From: an uncultured delta proteobacterium
GTDB lineage: Bacteria; Desulfobacterota; Binatia; Binatales; Binataceae
DNA length: 64,000 nt
Direction of reading: 5' to 3'
Assembly: GCA_963765675.1 (NCBI GenBank)
Contig: CAVXXK010000001.1
Span: forward strand, 928,001 to 992,000
Of this stretch, positions 9,951-19,649 are shown one piece after another. The notes beneath the pieces were generated by a model. That model saw only the letters and a list, made by a program, of their open reading frames with translations, made no database searches and was not told where the DNA came from. A program made the translations under genes and the position numbers. Numbering within the stretch: the first letter of the stretch is position 1; the number at the start of each line of letters is the position of its first letter.

Positions 9951-10254
9951 CCCTCGCCCTGAAAGGAGAGCTTGCATAACCAATCGGAGGAGTGCGCCGG
10001 CACGGAAGGGCGAGATTCCTCGCGATACCCGCCGTTTCACGTGATGCGCAGGGACCCATCTGCATTGCCGGTGCGCGCTCGGAATGACAATTTCCGGGTA
10101 TTTTGTGTCATTCCGAGCGCAGGTGGGCGTTGCATAGGGCGGCGTATTGCCTACCGTCGAGTAGCAGGAATCGCGAGGAATCTCGCCCTCGGAATTCAGC
10201 ACGCTCTCCGAAGAGTTATGCAAAATATGCAAAGCTCTCCTTTCAGGGCGAGGG
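9951..10254. repeat. Palindromic element family A, copy 4 (core ~10007-10189) with outer arms
   Basis: Spacing 49/16/50. Terminal inverted repeat CCCTCGCCCTGAAAGGAGAGCTT / AAGCTCTCCTTTCAGGGCGAGGG. Confidence 0.9.
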
Positions 10255-10291
10255 ATAAGATTGTTGCGCGCGTGGAGGACTTGATCGTTCA

Positions 10292-10699
10292 ATGGTGCTG
10301 ATGGCGGCTAATCCTGATTTGGAGCGTGCGATCGCGGCGTTCAACCGCGGTGAGTACTTCGACGCCGCGGAGGGCTTCGAAAATTCGCTCCGAGTGATCG
10401 ACGACGCGGACCTGAAAGCGGTCGTCAACGCGCTCAACCAGATCTCGGCCGGGCTGCATCTGCGATTCGAGCGCGGGGGACGGCAGGCGTCGATCAACCT
10501 GATGTCGCAGGCGATGCTTGCGCTCGACGATATGAAACCCGCGCGCGCGGGGATCGATATCGGGCGGCTGTATGACGAGGTCTCGGCGCTGGTCGCGGAA
10601 ATCAGGGCAGCGCCGCGCGACGCTCGCGACGGGCTGAAGCATCGCGCACGAATCTTCCTCGAGCGCCGTCGCGCGCCAAAGATCAACCGCACGAAATAA
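10292..10699 (+). CDS. DUF309-like helical protein
   Basis: FNRGEYFDAAE..E and L.QISAGLHL pattern. The usual HE motif is altered. Confidence 0.65.
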   Translation: MVLMAANPDLERAIAAFNRGEYFDAAEGFENSLRVIDDADLKAVVNALNQISAGLHLRFERGGRQASINLMSQAMLALDDMKPARAGIDIGRLYDEVSALVAEIRAAPRDARDGLKHRARIFLERRRAPKINRTK

Positions 10700-10708
10700 C
10701 CCGCGCGG

Positions 10709-10757
10709 TCTATTGACTCAATATAGGTCCGATGTTAAATCCACTCAGCCTATAGGA
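10709..10757 (+). promoter_or_regulatory. two candidate Rrf2 (CymR-like) operator boxes
   Basis: TCTATTGACTCAATATAG and TCCACTCAGCCTATAGGA, similar to the box at 11241-11258. Confidence 0.5.
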
Positions 10758-10759
10758 TA

Positions 10760-11218
10760 ATGCTGTCAAAGAAATCGAAATATGCGTTGAAGGCGCTAAC
10801 AATTTTAGCCAAAGAATACGGTCAGGGGCCGGTGCTTATTTCGGATATCGCGCAGCGCGAAGAGATCTCGCGCAAGTTTCTCGAAATCATTTTGCTGGAA
10901 CTCAAGAATGCGGGAATTCTGCAGAGCAGAAAAGGCAAGGGCGGCGGATACTCTCTGGGGCGGCCTCCGCGCCAAATAAGTCTGGGACACGTGATCCGCG
11001 TGCTGGACGGCCCTTTGGCGCCTTTGCCCTGCGTCAGCAAAACGGCCTACGTGCGCTGCCGCGAATGCCGGGACGAGCGCACTTGCGGCATCCGGATGGT
11101 GATGAAGCAGGTTCGCGACGCGACCGCGCAGATCCTGGACTCGACCACTCTGGAAGACATGCTGAAGCAGGTCGAGTTGGCAGTGATGGGAAAAGAGGCA
11201 GTGAGTTTTTCGATTTGA
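10760..11218 (+). CDS. Rrf2 family transcriptional regulator (four C-terminal Cys)
   Basis: MLSKKSKYALKAL, LEIILLELK.AG..S.KGKGGGY and PCVS..CRECRDERTC. Confidence 0.93.
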   Translation: MLSKKSKYALKALTILAKEYGQGPVLISDIAQREEISRKFLEIILLELKNAGILQSRKGKGGGYSLGRPPRQISLGHVIRVLDGPLAPLPCVSKTAYVRCRECRDERTCGIRMVMKQVRDATAQILDSTTLEDMLKQVELAVMGKEAVSFSI

Positions 11219-11240
11219 GACTCTTTTTTTGGGAGATTAC

Positions 11241-11258
11241 TCTAGTCATCTAATAGGA
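11241..11258 (+). promoter_or_regulatory. candidate Rrf2 operator box upstream of yezD
   Basis: TCTAGTCATCTAATAGGA in an AT-rich patch of a GC-rich genome. Confidence 0.5.
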
Positions 11259-11264
11259 TTACTT

Positions 11265-11444
11265 ATGAACGAAAAAGAAGCGCAGTTCGGAGGCACGTAT
11301 CCGCCTCCTCAAGTCCTCGAACGCATCTCGCAAGCGATCCAGGGTGTCCGCTTTGGTTCGGTCGAGGTGGTGATCCAGGACGGCAGGGTCATCCAGATCG
11401 AGCGCAAGGAAAAATTTCGCTTTGATCGTCCGAATCGATCTTGA
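11265..11444 (+). CDS. YezD/DUF2292 (OscA-like) small protein
   Basis: I..VRFGSVEVVIQDGRVIQIERKEKFR signature, directly upstream of sulfate genes. Confidence 0.88.
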   Translation: MNEKEAQFGGTYPPPQVLERISQAIQGVRFGSVEVVIQDGRVIQIERKEKFRFDRPNRS

Positions 11445-11619
11445 GCCAGTCGATTCGATAATTGAGCGCGCCAACCGCGCAAACGCGGATGGCCATTGAG
11501 ACACCGCGGGCAGCTTTTTGCGCCGGCCAGAGAAGGATCGGCGCCGGGATCGGAGTCAATGAAAGACACCTTCGAGCTGACTGGACATCCGGAAGCTCTC
11601 CAGATTGGAGGAACCTTCC

Positions 11620-13107
11620 GTGATGAGAAAACTGACGCCGACGTTACTGCCGACGCTATGGCTTTCGGCATTGGTGGGGGTGGCGGCGATTCCGCTGCCG
11701 GCTTCCGCTCAGTCCACGATCAGAACTGACCCGTCGAGGGACCAGCAAATTATCGAGCTGAGGGAGGAAATAAAGCAGCTCGAACACCGCGTGGACACAC
11801 TGCAGGGACTCGACCACAAGGTCCAGGTCATCGATCGCAAGCTCGAGGTTCAATCAGCGGCCGAACAGGCCCAGATCAAGGTCGAGCAGGATCAGGCCAA
11901 GAACGCGCCGGTCATCAAGGCAGGTGCTCAGGGCTTTTCATTTGGGTCATCCAATGATGACTGGCGGGTGGAATTCCACGGAATCGTCCAGGCTGACGGA
12001 CGCTTTTTCGCTAACGGCACCGACAAGACTCCAAGCACATTCTATTTGAACCGGGCGCGTCCGATCCTGGCCGCGACTTTCGACAAGTACTACGGATTCA
12101 ACATCACGCCGGATTTTGGCCAAGGTAAAGTGGTCCTGCAGGACGCATATGTAAGCGACGACCAACTGCCATGGGCGGAGTTCCGGGTGGGAAAGTTCAA
12201 GACTCCGTTCGGACTCGAGCGCTTGCAGGTGGATACCTACGTACCGTTCAGTCAGCGATCCGAAACCACCAACCTGGTTCCGAACCGCGATTACGGACCT
12301 GAGGTTCGTGGCGCGTTTTTCGACAACCGGTTGACTTATCAACTGGCTATAATGAACGGAGTGCCGAACAATACGGCATCCGTCGATTCCGACATCAACG
12401 ACGGCAAGGATTTCATCGGCCGCGTCTTCGCCGAACCATTCAGGAAGAGTGAATACCCCTGGGCTCAGGGACTTGGCCTTGGTTTCGCCGCGACTTATGG
12501 CGATGAGAGCGGCTCGACAATCTCAGTCTATAAAACCTACGGCCAGGTGACCTGGTTCAGTTACAACTCGGGCGTGACTGCGGCCGGGCGTCGCTATCGG
12601 CTGTCTCCGCAAGGCTATTACTACTGGGGGCCGTTTGGACTAATGGCGGAGTATGTATCCGATAACCACAGCCTCAACCGATTTGCGACCGTCACGCACG
12701 GCGGAGTCACGAAAAAAATAGATCGCTACGCGACCTTCGCCGACGATGGCTACAGTGTCACGGCGATTTACGCTCTGACCGGCGAGAAGGAGTCTTACAC
12801 CGGCCTGACGCCGTTTCGCAATTTCGACCCTGAACACGGCGGCTGGGGCGCATGGGAACTCGATGCGCGGATCAGCAACGTGGCGACGGACAGCGGACAG
12901 TTCAAGCTGGGATTTGCCAGTGCGGCGGTCGCGGCCAGGACGGCAACCGAGTTCGCGTTGGGTCTGGCATGGTATCCAAGCCAGAACGTGAAATGGCAAT
13001 ACGACTACGCCAATACGTTCTTCGACGGCGGAGCGGGAACCACGGCCGCGCCCAAGGATCGTCCAAACGAAAGCGTGTTCGAAACGCAGCTTCAGCTCGC
13101 TTTCTAG
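11620..13107 (+). CDS. OprO/OprP-family anion-selective porin
   Basis: Signal peptide, N-terminal coiled coil, RARP and GKFKTPFGLERLQ motifs, C-terminal QLAF. GGAGG RBS at 11607. Confidence 0.85.
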   Translation: MMRKLTPTLLPTLWLSALVGVAAIPLPASAQSTIRTDPSRDQQIIELREEIKQLEHRVDTLQGLDHKVQVIDRKLEVQSAAEQAQIKVEQDQAKNAPVIKAGAQGFSFGSSNDDWRVEFHGIVQADGRFFANGTDKTPSTFYLNRARPILAATFDKYYGFNITPDFGQGKVVLQDAYVSDDQLPWAEFRVGKFKTPFGLERLQVDTYVPFSQRSETTNLVPNRDYGPEVRGAFFDNRLTYQLAIMNGVPNNTASVDSDINDGKDFIGRVFAEPFRKSEYPWAQGLGLGFAATYGDESGSTISVYKTYGQVTWFSYNSGVTAAGRRYRLSPQGYYYWGPFGLMAEYVSDNHSLNRFATVTHGGVTKKIDRYATFADDGYSVTAIYALTGEKESYTGLTPFRNFDPEHGGWGAWELDARISNVATDSGQFKLGFASAAVAARTATEFALGLAWYPSQNVKWQYDYANTFFDGGAGTTAAPKDRPNESVFETQLQLAF

Positions 13108-13157
13108 CAGGCATGACGCAACGCGGCCTCCGCAACAGGAAGATGGAAGTATAGTCA

Positions 13158-14183
13158 ATGTACCGATTAAAACCTCACTTGAGACTATTTGCGGGCGCCG
13201 CGATTGCACTAATCGCGGGGGCATTACTCAGTGCCCACGCGCGTGCGGCGAATCAGCGTCTGCTGAATGTCTCTTACGACGCGACGCGCGAGTTCTACGA
13301 GGACTATAACGCCGCATTCGTGAAATACTGGAAAGCGAAGACCGGACAAGAGGTGTCGATTGAGTTGTCGAACGGCGGTTCGGGCAAACAGGCCCGAGCA
13401 GTAATCGATGGGCTCGACGCCGACGTTGTCACGCTCGGACTCGCTTACGATATCGACGCTATCTCCAGCAAGGCCGGTCTTTTGCCGGCGGATTGGCAGA
13501 GCAGGCTGCCCGATGACAGCAGCCCGTACACCTCGACCGTGGTGTTCCTGGTCCGCAAAGGTAATCCCAAGCAGATCAAGAACTGGAGCGATCTGATTCG
13601 CCCGGGAGTCGCGGTGATAACACCAAATCCCAAGACCTCGGGCGGCGCGCGATGGGCGTTTCTCGCGGCGTGGGGATACGCGCTCAGGGCGTCGGGCGGC
13701 AACGAGGCCAAAGCACGGGAGTTCGAAAAAGCGCTGTACAAAAACGTCCCCGTGCTCGATTCGGGCGCGCGCGGCTCGACCACCAGCTTCGTCGAGCGCG
13801 GAATCGGCGACGTGCTGCTGTCGTGGGAGGACGAGGCGTACCTCGCGATTGACAAGCTGGGCAAGGGCCAGTTCGAGATCGTTTATCCCAAGCGGAGCAT
13901 CGTCGCGCAGCCGCCGGTCGCGTGGATCGACAAAGTCGTTCAGCGCCACGGCACCGCCGATCTGGCGAAGGCCTATCTCGAATATCTCTACTCGGACGAG
14001 GGCCAGGAGATCATCGTGCGCAATCACTTCAGGCCGACCAATCCCGCGATCGCGGCAAAGCACGCGAAAGACCTGCCGCCGATCGAGCTGTTCACGCTCA
14101 AGCAGGTCTTCGGAAGCTGGGCGGAAGTCCAGAAAAAATTCTTCGCCGACGGCGGGGTCTTCGATCAGATTTATCAGCAATGA
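13158..14183 (+). CDS. sbp: sulfate ABC transporter substrate-binding protein
   Basis: [26 protein letters not shown] and GGVFDQI. Confidence 0.96.
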   Translation: MYRLKPHLRLFAGAAIALIAGALLSAHARAANQRLLNVSYDATREFYEDYNAAFVKYWKAKTGQEVSIELSNGGSGKQARAVIDGLDADVVTLGLAYDIDAISSKAGLLPADWQSRLPDDSSPYTSTVVFLVRKGNPKQIKNWSDLIRPGVAVITPNPKTSGGARWAFLAAWGYALRASGGNEAKAREFEKALYKNVPVLDSGARGSTTSFVERGIGDVLLSWEDEAYLAIDKLGKGQFEIVYPKRSIVAQPPVAWIDKVVQRHGTADLAKAYLEYLYSDEGQEIIVRNHFRPTNPAIAAKHAKDLPPIELFTLKQVFGSWAEVQKKFFADGGVFDQIYQQ

Positions 14184-14220
14184 GACGGCGCGCTGAAAGA
14201 CGGAGCGGGCGGTAATCGCG

Positions 14221-15048
14221 ATGGCGCTGAAGAAGGCAAGCGTCCTGCCGGGCTTTAGCCTCGCGATGGGGATCACGCTCGTCTATCTGAGCCTGCTGGT
14301 CTTGATCCCGTTGTCGACGATCTTCCTGCAGGCGGCGGGAATGGGTCTCGGCCATTTCTGGTCGGTGATTTCGTCGCCGAGGGTTGCGGCCGCCTACCGG
14401 CTGAGTTTCGGTGCGGCGTTTATCGCGGCGATCGTGGATTCAGCGGCGGGTTTCCTGACCGCGTGGGCGTTGACGCGCTACCGTTTTCCGGGCGCGAGCC
14501 TTTTCGATGCGGTCGTGGATCTTCCGCTGGCGCTGCCGACGTCGGTTGCGGGAATCACGCTGACCGCAATCTTCGCGGCCAACGGAATTGCCGGCTCGGT
14601 CTTCGCCCGGTTCGGAATCAAGGTGGCATACACGCGCCTCGCAGTGGTGGTCGCGATGATCTTCGTTGGAGTTCCGTTCGTGGTCAGAACCGTGCAACCG
14701 GTGTTGCAGGAACTGGACCTGGAACTGGAAGAGGCGGCCGAGACCCTGGGCGCGACCCGCCTTCAGACTTTTGCCCACGTGATCATTCCAGCGGTGCTGC
14801 CCTCGATTTTGACCGGCTTCGCGCTGGCCTTTGCGCGCGCGATCGGCGAATACGGGTCGGTAATTTTTATCTCGGGCAACATGCCGATGCGCACGGAAAT
14901 CGCGCCGCTCCTGATCGTCACCGAGCTCGAGCAATTCGACTACCACGCGGCGGCGGCGATCGCGCTGGTGATGCTGATCGCGTCGTTCGTAATGCTGCTC
15001 GCGATCAACCTGCTGCAACGCTGGACCTCGCGGATCTACGCCATATGA
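14221..15048 (+). CDS. cysT: sulfate ABC transporter permease CysT
   Basis: PFVVRTVQPVL, EEAA..LGA EAA loop and GEYGSVIFISGN. Confidence 0.95.
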   Translation: MALKKASVLPGFSLAMGITLVYLSLLVLIPLSTIFLQAAGMGLGHFWSVISSPRVAAAYRLSFGAAFIAAIVDSAAGFLTAWALTRYRFPGASLFDAVVDLPLALPTSVAGITLTAIFAANGIAGSVFARFGIKVAYTRLAVVVAMIFVGVPFVVRTVQPVLQELDLELEEAAETLGATRLQTFAHVIIPAVLPSILTGFALAFARAIGEYGSVIFISGNMPMRTEIAPLLIVTELEQFDYHAAAAIALVMLIASFVMLLAINLLQRWTSRIYAI

Positions 15049-15959
15049 GCACGCCAGGCATCGGGCCAACGCGCCCGGGCTTCATCGAGCGGATTTGCCG
15101 TCCCGCTTCCGGCAACCGCAAAACCGGCCTCGGCGGATTGGCGATCGTGCTCGGCGCGATACTCTTCATGGGTGTCTTCCTGGTCGTCCCGCTCGCGGCG
15201 GTCTTCACCCTCGCGCTGCGCGAAGGTGCGCGCGTGTACTTGAGAGCGATCTCCGAGCCGTACGCGCGCAGCGCGATCCGTCTGACGCTGGTTACCGCAA
15301 TAGTCGTAGTGCCGGTGAATCTCTGCTTTGGCGTCGCGGCGGCGTGGGCGATCGGCAAATTCGAATTTCGCGGCAAGGGACTCCTGACGACTTTGCTCGA
15401 TCTGCCGTTCGCCGTCTCGCCGGTTATTGGCGGGATGCTGTTCGTGCTGCTGTTCGGAGCGCAGGGAATCGCGGGGCCGTGGCTGGACGCGCATGGAATC
15501 CGGATCGCGTTTGCCGAACCGGGAATCATCCTGGCGACCGCGTTCGTGACTTTTCCGTTCGTTGCCCGCGAGCTGATTCCAATCATGCAGGCGAATGGAA
15601 CCGAGGAGGAACAGGCCGCGATCTCGCTCGGCGCCAGCGGATGGCAGACATTTTTCCGCGTCACGCTTCCGAACGTGAAGTGGGGCGTGCTGTATGGAGT
15701 GATTCTCTGCAACGCGCGCGCGATGGGCGAGTTCGGCGCAGTTTCGGTTATCTCAGGCAACGTCCGCGGGCGCACGAGCACGATGCCGCTGTACATCGAA
15801 ATTCTATACAACGACTACGAGTTCACCGCCGCGTTCGCGGTCGCGTCGCTTTTGACCTTGCTCGCGATTGTGACGCTCGTCGCCAAGCGGATCGTCGGAC
15901 GCCGCGCCGGAATCGTAGATGAAGAAATCGCGGCCAACGAGGAGGATCTGGCCGCATGA
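15045..15959 (+). CDS. cysW: sulfate ABC transporter permease CysW
   Basis: [17 protein letters not shown] and [17 protein letters not shown] overlap with cysT. Confidence 0.95.
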   Translation: MSTPGIGPTRPGFIERICRPASGNRKTGLGGLAIVLGAILFMGVFLVVPLAAVFTLALREGARVYLRAISEPYARSAIRLTLVTAIVVVPVNLCFGVAAAWAIGKFEFRGKGLLTTLLDLPFAVSPVIGGMLFVLLFGAQGIAGPWLDAHGIRIAFAEPGIILATAFVTFPFVARELIPIMQANGTEEEQAAISLGASGWQTFFRVTLPNVKWGVLYGVILCNARAMGEFGAVSVISGNVRGRTSTMPLYIEILYNDYEFTAAFAVASLLTLLAIVTLVAKRIVGRRAGIVDEEIAANEEDLAA

Positions 15960-17029
15960 GTATCGAGGTTCGCGGCATCTCCAAGAAATTCGGCAGCTTC
16001 ACCGCGCTCGACAACGTGAACCTGAGCGTCGAGACCGGTGAGTTGGTCGCGCTGCTAGGGCTTTCGGGATCGGGCAAGACCACGCTGCTCCGAATCATCT
16101 CGGGGCTCGAAGCCGCCGACTCCGGGACGGTGCACTTCCACGGCGAAGACGCGACCGCGATTAGCGTGCGCGAACGCCAGGTCGGATTCGTGTTCCAGCA
16201 CTACGCGCTCTTCCGCCACATGACGGTGTTCGAGAACATCGCGTTCGGATTGCGCGTGCGGCCGCGGCAAGCGCGACCCTCAAAGGTTGAGATCGCCGAA
16301 CGGGTTCACAAGCTACTCAAGCTGGTGCAGCTCGACGTCCTGGCCGGCCGCTATCCCTCGCAACTCTCGGGAGGACAGCGCCAACGCATCGCCCTTGCGC
16401 GCGCGCTGGCGGTCGAACCCAAGGTGCTACTGCTCGATGAGCCGTTCGGCGCACTGGACGCGAAGGTGCGGCAGGAGCTGCGGCGATGGCTCAAGCGGCT
16501 GCACGAGGAGTTGCGCATCACCAGCATCTTCGTCACCCACGACCAGGATGAAGCGCTCGAGGTCGCCGATCGCGTCGTGGTCATGAACGCGGGACGGATC
16601 GAGCAGGTCGGCACGCCGGAAGAGGTTTATCATCATCCCGCAAACGCGTTCGTTTACAATTTCCTCGGCAACGTGAACCTGTTCCATGGCCGAATCGAGA
16701 ACGGCAAGGTCTATGTGGGCGAGACCGTGTTCGAACTCGACGGCGCTGACCGGCGCGCGGTCAACGGAGCCTCGGGCAAGGCGGCGCTCTACATGCGGCC
16801 GCATCTGCTCGAACTCGACCGCACGCCGCACGGGCACGAAAACTTTCGCGCGACCGTCAAGGCGATCAACGCGGCGGGTCCGCAGGTCAAAGTCGAGTTG
16901 GTCGCCGAATGGGGCGATCGGGTGCAGGTCGAGATCGATCACGAGCGCTACCGGATTCTCGCGATCGAACCGGGTGCGCAGGTTTTTGTTCATCCCAGGC
17001 AGAGCAGAGTTTTCGTTTACCAGATTTAA
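15956..17029 (+). CDS. cysA: sulfate ABC transporter ATP-binding protein
   Basis: [40 protein letters not shown] and a TOBE tail. Confidence 0.96.
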   Translation: MSIEVRGISKKFGSFTALDNVNLSVETGELVALLGLSGSGKTTLLRIISGLEAADSGTVHFHGEDATAISVRERQVGFVFQHYALFRHMTVFENIAFGLRVRPRQARPSKVEIAERVHKLLKLVQLDVLAGRYPSQLSGGQRQRIALARALAVEPKVLLLDEPFGALDAKVRQELRRWLKRLHEELRITSIFVTHDQDEALEVADRVVVMNAGRIEQVGTPEEVYHHPANAFVYNFLGNVNLFHGRIENGKVYVGETVFELDGADRRAVNGASGKAALYMRPHLLELDRTPHGHENFRATVKAINAAGPQVKVELVAEWGDRVQVEIDHERYRILAIEPGAQVFVHPRQSRVFVYQI

Positions 17030-17038
17030 GGTGCGGCT

Positions 17039-17350
17039 CTAACCAGTCAGTTGCGCGAGCAGCTTTTTGAGCTTTGGCGCGCCCGCAAGCGCGGTGCGGA
17101 TCTTCGCGATCTCGTCGGTATCGACGATCAGCGGCATCCGCTGGAACCGTCCGCGCTGGTCGTAAACGCAGAAGCGAATCTCATACGATCCCTTCGCCAT
17201 TCCGTCGGTGAACTTGAGCAGCTGAATGCAGGGGACGTGGTACGGAGTCGCGACCCTTATCTCTTCCTCGATAATTCCCGAGCCCCAGTGGAGCGCGAAC
17301 GTGCGCGGTCCGGCTGCGGGCTTCGATTTTTTTGCGGTCGCCATCGACAC
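17039..17350 (-). CDS. hypothetical protein
   Basis: 103-aa ORF with typical codon usage and a GGAGG RBS before ATG 17344. Confidence 0.7.
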   Translation of the reverse strand: MSMATAKKSKPAAGPRTFALHWGSGIIEEEIRVATPYHVPCIQLLKFTDGMAKGSYEIRFCVYDQRGRFQRMPLIVDTDEIAKIRTALAGAPKLKKLLAQLTG

Positions 17351-17523
17351 CTCCCGAGCATGATTTTTTCGCTTGTGCGAAGCAGATCAGCGTCTACCAG
17401 ATTTGAGAACTCTCCGCCAAAGATACTAAAGGTGAAATTTCGGATATCGCGCGCGAACGCGCTCCGCGATTTGACTGAAACGGGCGCGCCCGCGATGCTG
17501 ATGCAGCAGCGGAACCATCGGCC

Positions 17524-18396
17524 ATGAACATCACGCAGGAATCTGTCGCGGCGGGCTTGAGGCACGCGGATTACATCACCAATCAGCGCGTCGAGACGGC
17601 GGTGTTTCTCGCGCTCGCGCTCGAAAAGCCGCTGCTGATCGAGGGACCCGCCGGCGCGGGCAAAACCGAGGTCGCCAAGGTGCTGGCCGCGATGCTGCCG
17701 GCTGAGCTGGTGCGGCTGCAATGCTACGAGGGACTGGACGAAGCGCGCGCGCTGTACGAATGGAATTATCAAAAGCAGCTTCTGCGCCTGCAGGCGGACG
17801 AGGCCAACGGCGCGCGCTGGGAAGATCTGTCCGAGCACATTTTCTCGCGCGAGTACCTGCTCGAGCGTCCGCTCCTGAAGGCGATCACGTCGCCGAGCCG
17901 CGTGGTCCTGCTAATCGACGAGGTCGATAAGGCCGACGAGGAGTTCGAGGCGTTCCTGCTCGAGCTGCTCTCGGATTTTCAGGTCAGTATCCCGGAGCTC
18001 GGCACACTGCGCGCGCGAGAGCGTCCGGTTGTGGTTCTGACCTCGAATCGCGCGCGCGAGCTTTCGGAAGCGCTGCGCCGACGATGCCTTCATCTCTTCA
18101 TCGACTTTCCCGGAATCGAGCAGGAACGAAAAATAATTGCACTCAAAGTACCGGGCCTCGATGAGCGCCTTGCAGTCGAGGCCGCGCGCTTCGTCAGCGC
18201 TGTGCGCAAGCTCGGCCTGCGCAAACCACCCTCGATCGCCGAGACGCTGGATTGGTGCCGCGCGCTCGTTCAGCTCGGCGTCGTCGAGCTCAATTCGGAC
18301 TCGATTCGGACCGCGCTAGGCGTGCTGCTCAAGCATGAGGACGACCGCGCCAAGGTCGAGTCGAAAGCGGCGGCGCTAGCGACGCGCCGGCTATGA
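17524..18396 (+). CDS. MoxR/CoxD-type AAA+ ATPase
   Basis: GPAGAGKT, RLQCYEGLD..ALYEWNY, LLIDEVDK and LRRRCL. Confidence 0.93.
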   Translation: MNITQESVAAGLRHADYITNQRVETAVFLALALEKPLLIEGPAGAGKTEVAKVLAAMLPAELVRLQCYEGLDEARALYEWNYQKQLLRLQADEANGARWEDLSEHIFSREYLLERPLLKAITSPSRVVLLIDEVDKADEEFEAFLLELLSDFQVSIPELGTLRARERPVVVLTSNRARELSEALRRRCLHLFIDFPGIEQERKIIALKVPGLDERLAVEAARFVSAVRKLGLRKPPSIAETLDWCRALVQLGVVELNSDSIRTALGVLLKHEDDRAKVESKAAALATRRL

Positions 18397-19631
18397 CTCC
18401 GTTTCGCGACCAGGTCGTAAATTTTATCGCCGCGCTTCGCACCGCCGGAATTCGCATCTCGGTTTCCGAATCAATCGACGCCCTGCGCGCCGTCGCTGCC
18501 GCAGGTTTCGAGCGCGTGACGATGCGCGAGGCGATGGCTGCGGCGCTGATCAAGGACGAAGCCGATCGGATCATTTTTGACGACGCGTTCGCGCGGTTCT
18601 TCTCAGCATCCGCGGCCGGAAACGCGCGCGGGCAGCATCCTGATCATCGCGGGCAGCTCGAATCGGCAGCGAGTGGCCGCGGACGTCCCGGCGAGGAACC
18701 AGGCGAGGTCTCGAAACCTCGCGAGCGTCCTCAGCCAAGCCGCCCGGGCACAAAGAGCGCGGCGCGCGATCGCCAGAATCAGGCTGAAGACCGCAAGGGC
18801 GATCGCGCCGAGGCGAAGACCGATTCGGAGAACGAATCGGAAGATCGTTCCGCACAAGGTCGTACGGCGAAAGATAACGGGCGGGAAGAATCTGGAATCG
18901 AGGCTAGACGCGCGGCGCGGATGCGCGCGCTCGAGCGCGCGCCGTTCGCCGCCTACACCGATCTCGAATACGTGCAGGCGCGTGACACGCTGGCGATCCT
19001 GAAACGTCGCTTCCGGGTCCGCCTCGGACGGCGCTTGCGAATCGCAAAGGCCGGGCGGATAGATTTTCGGCGCACGATTCGCGCCGCGACCCAACGCGGC
19101 GGCGTGCTCGCCGAGCTACGCTTTCGCGCGCGGCGTCCGCGGCGGATCGATCTGACGATCCTGGCAGACGTTTCCGGCTCGGTGCGCTACGCGTCGGAGC
19201 TGATGCTCGAGCTCGTAGCCGGGGCACGCGACCATTTTCATCGCGTGCGGAGTTTCGTTTATATCGACCGACTGGCCGAGGCCGAGTTCGAGTCCGGCCA
19301 CCTGGTGACGACGCCCGCGCTCGACCTCTACGCGCGTTCGGATTTCGGCCGCGTGCTGGGCGAGCTATGGAACCGCCGGGCCGAGGTTCTCGGCCGCCAG
19401 ACCGTGGTGGTCATCCTGGGCGACGGGCGCAACAACCGGCGTCCGGCGCGCGCCGATCTGTTGCGCGAGATCGCGCGCAACTGCCGCGCCGTCATATGGC
19501 TGAATCCGGAAGAGCCAACACGCTGGGGCACCGGCGACAGTGCGATCGAGCAGTACGCTCGCGAGGTCCGGGCCCACCTGGCGGCGCGCAATCTCCACGA
19601 ACTGGAACGCGGCCTTCTCGCAATCGCGTAG
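18393..19631 (+). CDS. CoxE-type vWA domain protein
   Basis: IDFRRTIR, DVSGS MIDAS, GDGRNN and WLNPE..WGTGDS. ATGA-coupled to the ATPase. Confidence 0.9.
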   Translation: MTPFRDQVVNFIAALRTAGIRISVSESIDALRAVAAAGFERVTMREAMAAALIKDEADRIIFDDAFARFFSASAAGNARGQHPDHRGQLESAASGRGRPGEEPGEVSKPRERPQPSRPGTKSAARDRQNQAEDRKGDRAEAKTDSENESEDRSAQGRTAKDNGREESGIEARRAARMRALERAPFAAYTDLEYVQARDTLAILKRRFRVRLGRRLRIAKAGRIDFRRTIRAATQRGGVLAELRFRARRPRRIDLTILADVSGSVRYASELMLELVAGARDHFHRVRSFVYIDRLAEAEFESGHLVTTPALDLYARSDFGRVLGELWNRRAEVLGRQTVVVILGDGRNNRRPARADLLREIARNCRAVIWLNPEEPTRWGTGDSAIEQYAREVRAHLAARNLHELERGLLAIA

Positions 19632-19649
19632 GGCGCGGCGGTATCGGCT

